Source of the DNA: an uncultured Candidatus Rokubacteria bacterium
GTDB lineage: Bacteria > Methylomirabilota > Methylomirabilia > Rokubacteriales > DASRDR01
Length of the DNA stretch: 64,000 nt
Reading direction: 5' to 3'
Assembly (NCBI GenBank): GCA_963708025.1
Contig: CAVPSB010000029.1
Coordinates: 1 to 64,000 of the forward strand
Shown: one piece after another, positions 58,596 to 64,000 of the stretch
How positions within the stretch are numbered: the first letter of the stretch is position 1
Layout of the letters: every line of letters begins with the position of its first letter
Notes under the pieces: model-generated
Database searches by the model: none
Told to the model about the DNA's origin: nothing
The model's input: only the letters and a program-made list of their open reading frames with translations
Made by a program: the position numbers and the translations under genes

Positions 58596-61500
58596 GTGAA
58601 AGACTGGAGAGCAAGCGCGCCGGGCCACGTCCGGACGGTCCGGGATCTCATCGAGCGACAGGCCGCGCTCCGGACCGACGCGCCCTTCCTGCTGGTGCCG
58701 GATACCGGGCACGTCGTGACGTTCGCCGGCCTGCGGGACGGCGCCCGGCGGGTCGCCGCCTGGCTGGCGGGGGTCGGGCTGGCGCCGGGAGATCGGGTCG
58801 CGATGCTTCTGGACAACCGTCCGTCGCTCGTCGAGCTGCTCCTCGGCGCCCAGTACGGCGGCTTCGTCCCCGTCTCGCTCAGCGCGCTCGCGTCGCCACC
58901 ACACACCGCCGCCGTCGTCGAGCATTCCGAGGCACGGGTCGTGGTCGTCGGGTCCGCGGATCAGGAGAGGGCGCTCGGCGCGGGGCTCGGCTCCGGGGCC
59001 GCTCGCGTCTTCCGGGTGGACGATGGGGACGCGGGCTGGACCGCCGGCGGAACCCCCGGCCTCGGGCCGGCCGCCGTCGAACCGGAGGCCGACGCCATCC
59101 TCGCCTACACCTCGGGGACGACCGGCCGGCCCAAGGGGGTGCGGTGCTCGCACGCGAGCGTGCTGGCCGGTGCCGACAACGTCGTGCGCGCGCATCACCT
59201 CGGTCCCGGGGATCGCGCGCTCTGCGTCCTCCCGCTCTCTCAGCGTGGCCCCCAGAACGCCACCCTCATGGCGACGCTCGCGAGCGGGGGCTCGCTGGTC
59301 CTGCCGCCGCGCTTCGACCTCACGCGATTCTGGACGCTGGTGGTCCAGTACGAGTGTACGTGGCTGCCTCTGGTTCCGACCCTGGTGGCCGAGCTCCTGA
59401 GCCGCCCGAACCCGGCCGTCCCCCACGGCGAGCTCCGCCGGGTGCGCTTCGCGCGCTCCTCGGCGGCGGCGCTCGGGACGGCCGCCCAGCAGGAGTTCGA
59501 GGCCCGATTCGGACTGCCGCTGCTCCAGTGCATGGGCTCGACCGAGGCGGGGAGCAACATCTTCTCGTCCCCGCTGCCGCCGGCGCCGCGGAAGCCGGGG
59601 TCGCCGGGCCTCAGTGTCGGCTTCGAGGTCCGCGTGCTGGACGAGACGGGGCGTCCTCTGCCCGCGGGCCAGGTCGGTGAGATCGCGGTACGCGGGCCGA
59701 GCGTGATGACGGGATACTTCAAGGATCTCGCCGCGACGGCGGAGGTGCTGACATCGGACGGCTGGCTCCGCCTCGGCGATCTGGGGTACCTCGACGCGGA
59801 CGGCTACGCGTTCGTCGTCGGCCGTGTCCAGGAGTTCGTCAACAAGGGCGGCGTGAAGATCGCGCTCCCCGAGATCGACGAGGCGCTCGGCCGGCACCCC
59901 GCCGTCCTCCAGGCCGCCGCCGTCGGCGTGCCCGATGCGTACCTCGGCGAGGAGATCGCCGCGTTCGTCGTCCTCCGGCCGGGCGCGACGGTCGTCCCCG
60001 GGACGCTGCTGGAATACTGCGAGCGAGCGCTCGGGGACTTCCGGACTCCGACCTGGGTCGAGGTGGTCGGCGAGCTGCCCCGCGGGCCGTCCGGGAAGGT
60101 CGAGCGCCGGCGGCTGACCGAGGCGGCGCGCCGGGGGAGGAGCCGGGCTTCCGGGCCCGCCGGCGGCCGGGCCGGCGCCGACCTCGAAGGCGCCGTCGCG
60201 GAGGCCTGGCGCGACGTGGGGCTCGCGCCCACCGGGCCGCAGGACGATTTCTTCGCGCTCGGGGGCCACTCGCTCCTCGCGCTCCGCGTCGTGGCGCGCC
60301 TGCGTCGGCGGCTCGAGGCGGACATCCCGGCACAGTGGCTGTTCGAGGCGCCCACGGTCGCCGGCCTCGCCGCCCGGATCGCCGCGCGGCCCGCGGCCGT
60401 GGAAGCCCCGCCGGTCCCGGTGGCGCGCGGCGAGCCGCTGCCATTGGCCCCGGCTCAGGAGCGCATCTGGCGGGCGAGCCAGCACGCCCCGGCGGCGGCC
60501 TACGTGCTGACGGTGGACGTCGAGCTCACGGGTCCGCTGGACGCCCCGAAGCTCGAGCGGACCCTGGCGGAGATCGTGCGACGTCACGAGATCCTCCGCA
60601 CGACCTACGTGGCGTGCGGTGGCCAGCCCGCCCAGGTCGCGAGCTCCGAGATGCCGGGGGCCCTTCCGATCGTCGACGTCAGCGCGGACCCGCATCCGGC
60701 CGGGTCGGCTGACCGGATCACCCGGGCCGAGGCCGCCCGCGGGCTCGATCCTCAGCGCGGGCCGGTGTTCCGGGCGGTCCTGGTGCGCCTGGGCCCCGCG
60801 CGCCACCGGCTGCTGCTGTACCTGCACTCCCTCGCCGCCGACCGGCGATCGGTGGAGGTCCTCTTCGCCGAGATGCAAGCTCTCTACGAGTCCGCGGAGG
60901 CCGGCGGGCCGGGCCTCCCCGAGCCGGCGCTCCAGTACGCGGACTACGCCGTCTGGCAGCGGCGACGGTTGTCACCCGAGGGCGAGCTCTACCGGCGGCA
61001 GCTCGAGTACTGGACGGCGCTGCTCTCGCCCGCGCCGCCCCGCCTGCAGCTCCCTTTCCCGCGCCGCCGCCCGGGCGACGCCCGCCCGGACGAGGGTTTC
61101 CACGTCGTGCGCTGTCCGGAGGACCTGCGCGCCCGCGTCGCGACGCTGAGCCGCCACGAGCGAGCGACGCCGTACATGACGTGGCTGGCCGGGCTCGCCG
61201 CTCTCTTGCACGCAGATGACCGGCGGCCGGGACCTCCTGGTCGGAACGCATGCCTCCATCCGCTCGCGGGCCGAGCTGGACGGGCTGATGGGGCACTTCC
61301 TGAACACCGTGCACCTTCGGGTCGCCGTGGAGCCGACGCTGCCGTTCCGGGCGCTCCTGGAGCGCACCCGGGCCGAGGCGACCCAGGCGTTCGGCCACGC
61401 GGACGTGACGTTCGACCAGGTCGCCGGTGCGCTCCGGTCGGCCGGACGCACCGTGCCCGAGGCCCAGGTAATGTTCCAGTACGCCGACGGCCGCGACCGG

Positions 61501-61842
61501 CTGCAGCTGCGACTCCCGGGGCTCGACGCCACCCGGCTTCCACCCGTGGTCGCCGGGATGCCGTGGGGGCTGACGGTCACGCCCAAGGAGCGGGGCGTGG
61601 TCGAGGCGTTCTGGGATCCGCGCCTGTACGAGCCGGCGGGGGTTCGGGGAATGCTCGAGCAGCTGGTGACCCTGCTCGACCGCGCCACGGCCCGCCCCGA
61701 CCTCACCGTCGCCGAGCTGGCTCCCGGACGCGGGCGCCTCCCGCGGGTGAGGCGCGGTTGGGTACGGCGAGCGATCCCGGCACTCTCGTGGATGGGACGC
61801 CTCCGGGAGCGCGGCCAGCCGCATTCACCCCGGGGCGCATGA
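58596..61842 (+). CDS. NRPS-like protein: adenylation (acyl-CoA ligase-like), carrier and condensation domains (frameshift ~61215)
   Basis: YTSGTTGRPKG, GSTEAG, GDLG, FFALGGHSLL (Ppant site), LAPAQERIW, RHEILRT, LQYADYAVWQ, GHFLNT. Confidence 0.88.
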
Positions 61843-61921
61843 CCGCCGAGGAGCGTCGGCGGGGTCAGGGGCGGCGGCCATCAGGATGCCGATGGAGCGA
61901 CGCGCATTCGGGACTCATGGA

Positions 61922-62050
61922 GAGCGTGTGAAGGAATGGAGTTCTCCGGCTCCCTCCTCCCCCCGGCCAAAGGCCGAAGGCCGTCCAACAACAGGGGAGG
62001 GGGGCCAAAGGCCGAAGGCCGTCAAAGGATCGGGTGGGCGGGAGGTCCCG
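61922..62050 (+). repeat. Modular intergenic repeat, copy 6 (two inserts)
   Basis: GAGCGTGTGAAGGAATGG, two copies of GGCCAAAGGCCGAAGGCCGTC, GGGTGGGCGGGAGGTCCCG end. Confidence 0.8.
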
Positions 62051-62056
62051 GACTGA

Positions 62057-62509
62057 GTGCAGATCTGGGTAGACGCCGATGCATGCCCCCAGGTCATCAA
62101 GGAGATCCTGTTCCGGGCCGCCGAGCGCGCACAGGTCCTGACGACGCTGGTCGCCAACACGACGCTCCGCACCCCGCCTTCACCCTTCATCAGGAGCGTC
62201 CGGGTGGCGAAGGGTTTCGACGTGGCGGACCACCAGATCGTGCAGCAGGTGCAGCCCGGGGATCTGGTGGTCACGGCCGACATCCCGCTGGCCGCCGAGG
62301 TGATTGGGCGCGGAGCGCACGCGCTCGACCCGCGAGGCGAGCTGTATTCGGAGGACAATGTGCGGGAGCGCCTCGCCGTGCGCAACCTCATGCAAGAGCT
62401 GCGCTCGGCCGGCGCGCTCATCGGCGGCCCGGCGCCGTTCGGCAAGAGCGACCGGCAGCTCTTCGCGAATCACCTGGACCGCTTCCTGGCCCAGCATCGA
62501 GGTCGTTGA
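62057..62509 (+). CDS. YaiI/YqxD (DUF188) family protein
   Basis: [24 protein letters not shown]. Confidence 0.93.
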   Translation: MQIWVDADACPQVIKEILFRAAERAQVLTTLVANTTLRTPPSPFIRSVRVAKGFDVADHQIVQQVQPGDLVVTADIPLAAEVIGRGAHALDPRGELYSEDNVRERLAVRNLMQELRSAGALIGGPAPFGKSDRQLFANHLDRFLAQHRGR

Positions 62510-62551
62510 AGCGACCACGACGCCGGCGGCGCGCGACGCGCTCCGCGCCGG

Positions 62552-64000
62552 CTAGGAGCCGACTCGCGGCCGAGCGGCCCGGATCGCGCACCACACGCGC
62601 TCGCTGGTCGCCGGCATGTCCAGCTCGCGCACACCCACGCCGGCGAGCGCGTCCAGCACGGCGTTCATCACGGCCGCCAGCGCCCCGACGGTCCCGGCTT
62701 CCCCGGCCCCCTTGGCGCCCAGGGGATTGAGCGTCGTCGGTACCGGGCGGCTGGCGACGGCGAAGTCGCACACGTCGTCCGCCCGCGGCATCGCATAGTC
62801 CATGAAGGATCCGCTGAGGAGCTGGCCCGACTCCGGGTCGTACACGACCTGCTCCATCAACACCTGGCCGAGTCCCTGGACCACGCCGCCGTGGATCTGG
62901 CCCTTCAGCGTCAGGGGGTTGATCACCGTCCCGACGTCGTTGACGACGGAGTAGCGCAGGACCTCGACCCGTCCCGTCTCCGGCTCGATCTCCACCTCGC
63001 AGACGTGGCAGCCGTTGGGGAACGTGTGGTTCGTCGGCGAGAACGTCCCGCTCTCGTAGAGCCCGGGTTCGAGCCCGGGCGGCAGCCGCTCCGGCTGGAA
63101 CGCCGCCCGGGCCACCTCGCGGAGCGTGGCGCCGCGATCGGTCCCCACGACGGTGAACCGGCCATCGGCGAAGGTGACGTCGGCCTCGGCCGCTTCGAGC
63201 AGGTGGGCGGCGATCCGCGTGCCCTTGGCGATCACCTTGCCGGCGGCCAGCCAGAGCGCGGAGCCCCCGATGACGGTCGAGCGGGACCCCACGGTGCCCA
63301 CGCCGAAGGCCACCCGGTCCGTGTCGCCGTCCACGAACCGGACGTCACCCGGATCCAGTCCGAGCCGCTCGTGGACGATCTGCTTGAACGTCGTCTCGTG
63401 GCCCTGGCCCTGGTTCTTGGTCCCCATGAGCACCGTGGCCGTGCCGCTGGGATCGAACCGGACCTCGGCATACTCGAGGCCCGGGGAGGCCGCGCACTCG
63501 ATGGCGTTCGCGAGGCCGAGGCCCCGCAGCCGGCCGCGCCGCCGGGATTCTTCCCGGCGCGCCGCAAAGCCGGCGTGGTCCGCCCGCGCCAGGGCCTCGA
63601 CCATGAGCTTGCCGAACTCGCCGCAGTCGTAGGTGAACGTCAGCGATGTCTTGTAGGGCATGGCGTCGGGCGCGATCAGGTTTCGCCGGCGCAGCTCGAT
63701 CGGGTCCCGCTCGAGCTCGCGCGCCGCGTCGTCGATGAGCCGCTCGATGAGGTACGTCGCCTCGGGGCGCCCGGCGCCGCGGTAGGGCGCCGTGGGGTTG
63801 GTGTTCGTCAGGACCCCGAGCACCCGGACGTGGGCCGCCGGGATGGCGTAGACGCCGACCACGGTGCCCACGTTCTGGAACGTCGGCAGGAGGTTCCGGT
63901 CCGAGGAGACGTAGGCGCCGAGGTTCGCTGTCGTCCGGACGCGCAGTCCCAGGAACCGGCCGTCGCCATCGAGCGCCAGCTCCGCCTCGCTCACGTTGTC
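62552..64000 (-). CDS. Xanthine dehydrogenase/CoxL-like molybdopterin-binding subunit (5' part outside the window)
   Basis: PYRGAGRPE, GQGHETT, GSRS, GQIHGG, GAKGAGE. Confidence 0.93.
   Translation of the reverse strand, partial: DNVSEAELALDGDGRFLGLRVRTTANLGAYVSSDRNLLPTFQNVGTVVGVYAIPAAHVRVLGVLTNTNPTAPYRGAGRPEATYLIERLIDDAARELERDPIELRRRNLIAPDAMPYKTSLTFTYDCGEFGKLMVEALARADHAGFAARREESRRRGRLRGLGLANAIECAASPGLEYAEVRFDPSGTATVLMGTKNQGQGHETTFKQIVHERLGLDPGDVRFVDGDTDRVAFGVGTVGSRSTVIGGSALWLAAGKVIAKGTRIAAHLLEAAEADVTFADGRFTVVGTDRGATLREVARAAFQPERLPPGLEPGLYESGTFSPTNHTFPNGCHVCEVEIEPETGRVEVLRYSVVNDVGTVINPLTLKGQIHGGVVQGLGQVLMEQVVYDPESGQLLSGSFMDYAMPRADDVCDFAVASRPVPTTLNPLGAKGAGEAGTVGALAAVMNAVLDALAGVGVRELDMPATSERVWCAIRAARPRVGS

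Noticed and set aside
55374-60878. Very long ORFs opposite real genes (e.g. 55374-57671 +, the upstream part of 57462-60878 -, also 50514-53288 -)
   Set aside because: These are shadow or alternative-frame ORFs typical of very high GC DNA; they are Arg/Pro/Gly-rich and lack motifs.
62552-64000. Form I aerobic CO dehydrogenase
   Set aside because: The active-site loop reads PYRGAGR, not AYXCSFR, so it is a form II/xanthine-dehydrogenase-family enzyme of unknown substrate.

Overview
This is a very high-GC, diderm bacterial chromosome segment. The gene style and intergenic repeats resemble Ca. Rokubacteria/Methylomirabilota (inference only). Scattered single-base indels split many genes, including core ones (lgt, tolR, cpoB), so most frameshifts are probably assembly errors. 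Bases 1-9406 are the right end of an integrative, satellite-like phage element bounded by a duplicated 3' half of tRNA-Thr(CGT) (att site). It carries TerS-like and TerL terminase genes, a badly frameshifted HK97-type prohead protease, a coiled-coil protein where the capsid gene would normally sit, a CapRel-like fused alarmone-synthetase defence gene, an HTH replication-type protein and an excisionase-like gene. No portal or major capsid gene is visible. An inverted internal copy of the att core and arm motifs lies at about 7.0 kb. The rest is chromosomal backbone: the tol-pal operon (Pal has a long Gly-rich spacer), lgt with a uORF/hairpin leader, assorted metabolic genes, a tandem-domain ThyX, a PfkB-HAD / NTP-transferase / ATP-grasp / CDP-alcohol transferase cluster (probably inositol-lipid related), MoxR-Crp-vWA genes, GT-C and SGNH envelope genes, a stand-alone A-T-C NRPS-like protein and a partial CoxL/XdhA gene. 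A modular G/C-tract repeat occurs six times between genes, always in the sense of the upstream gene.
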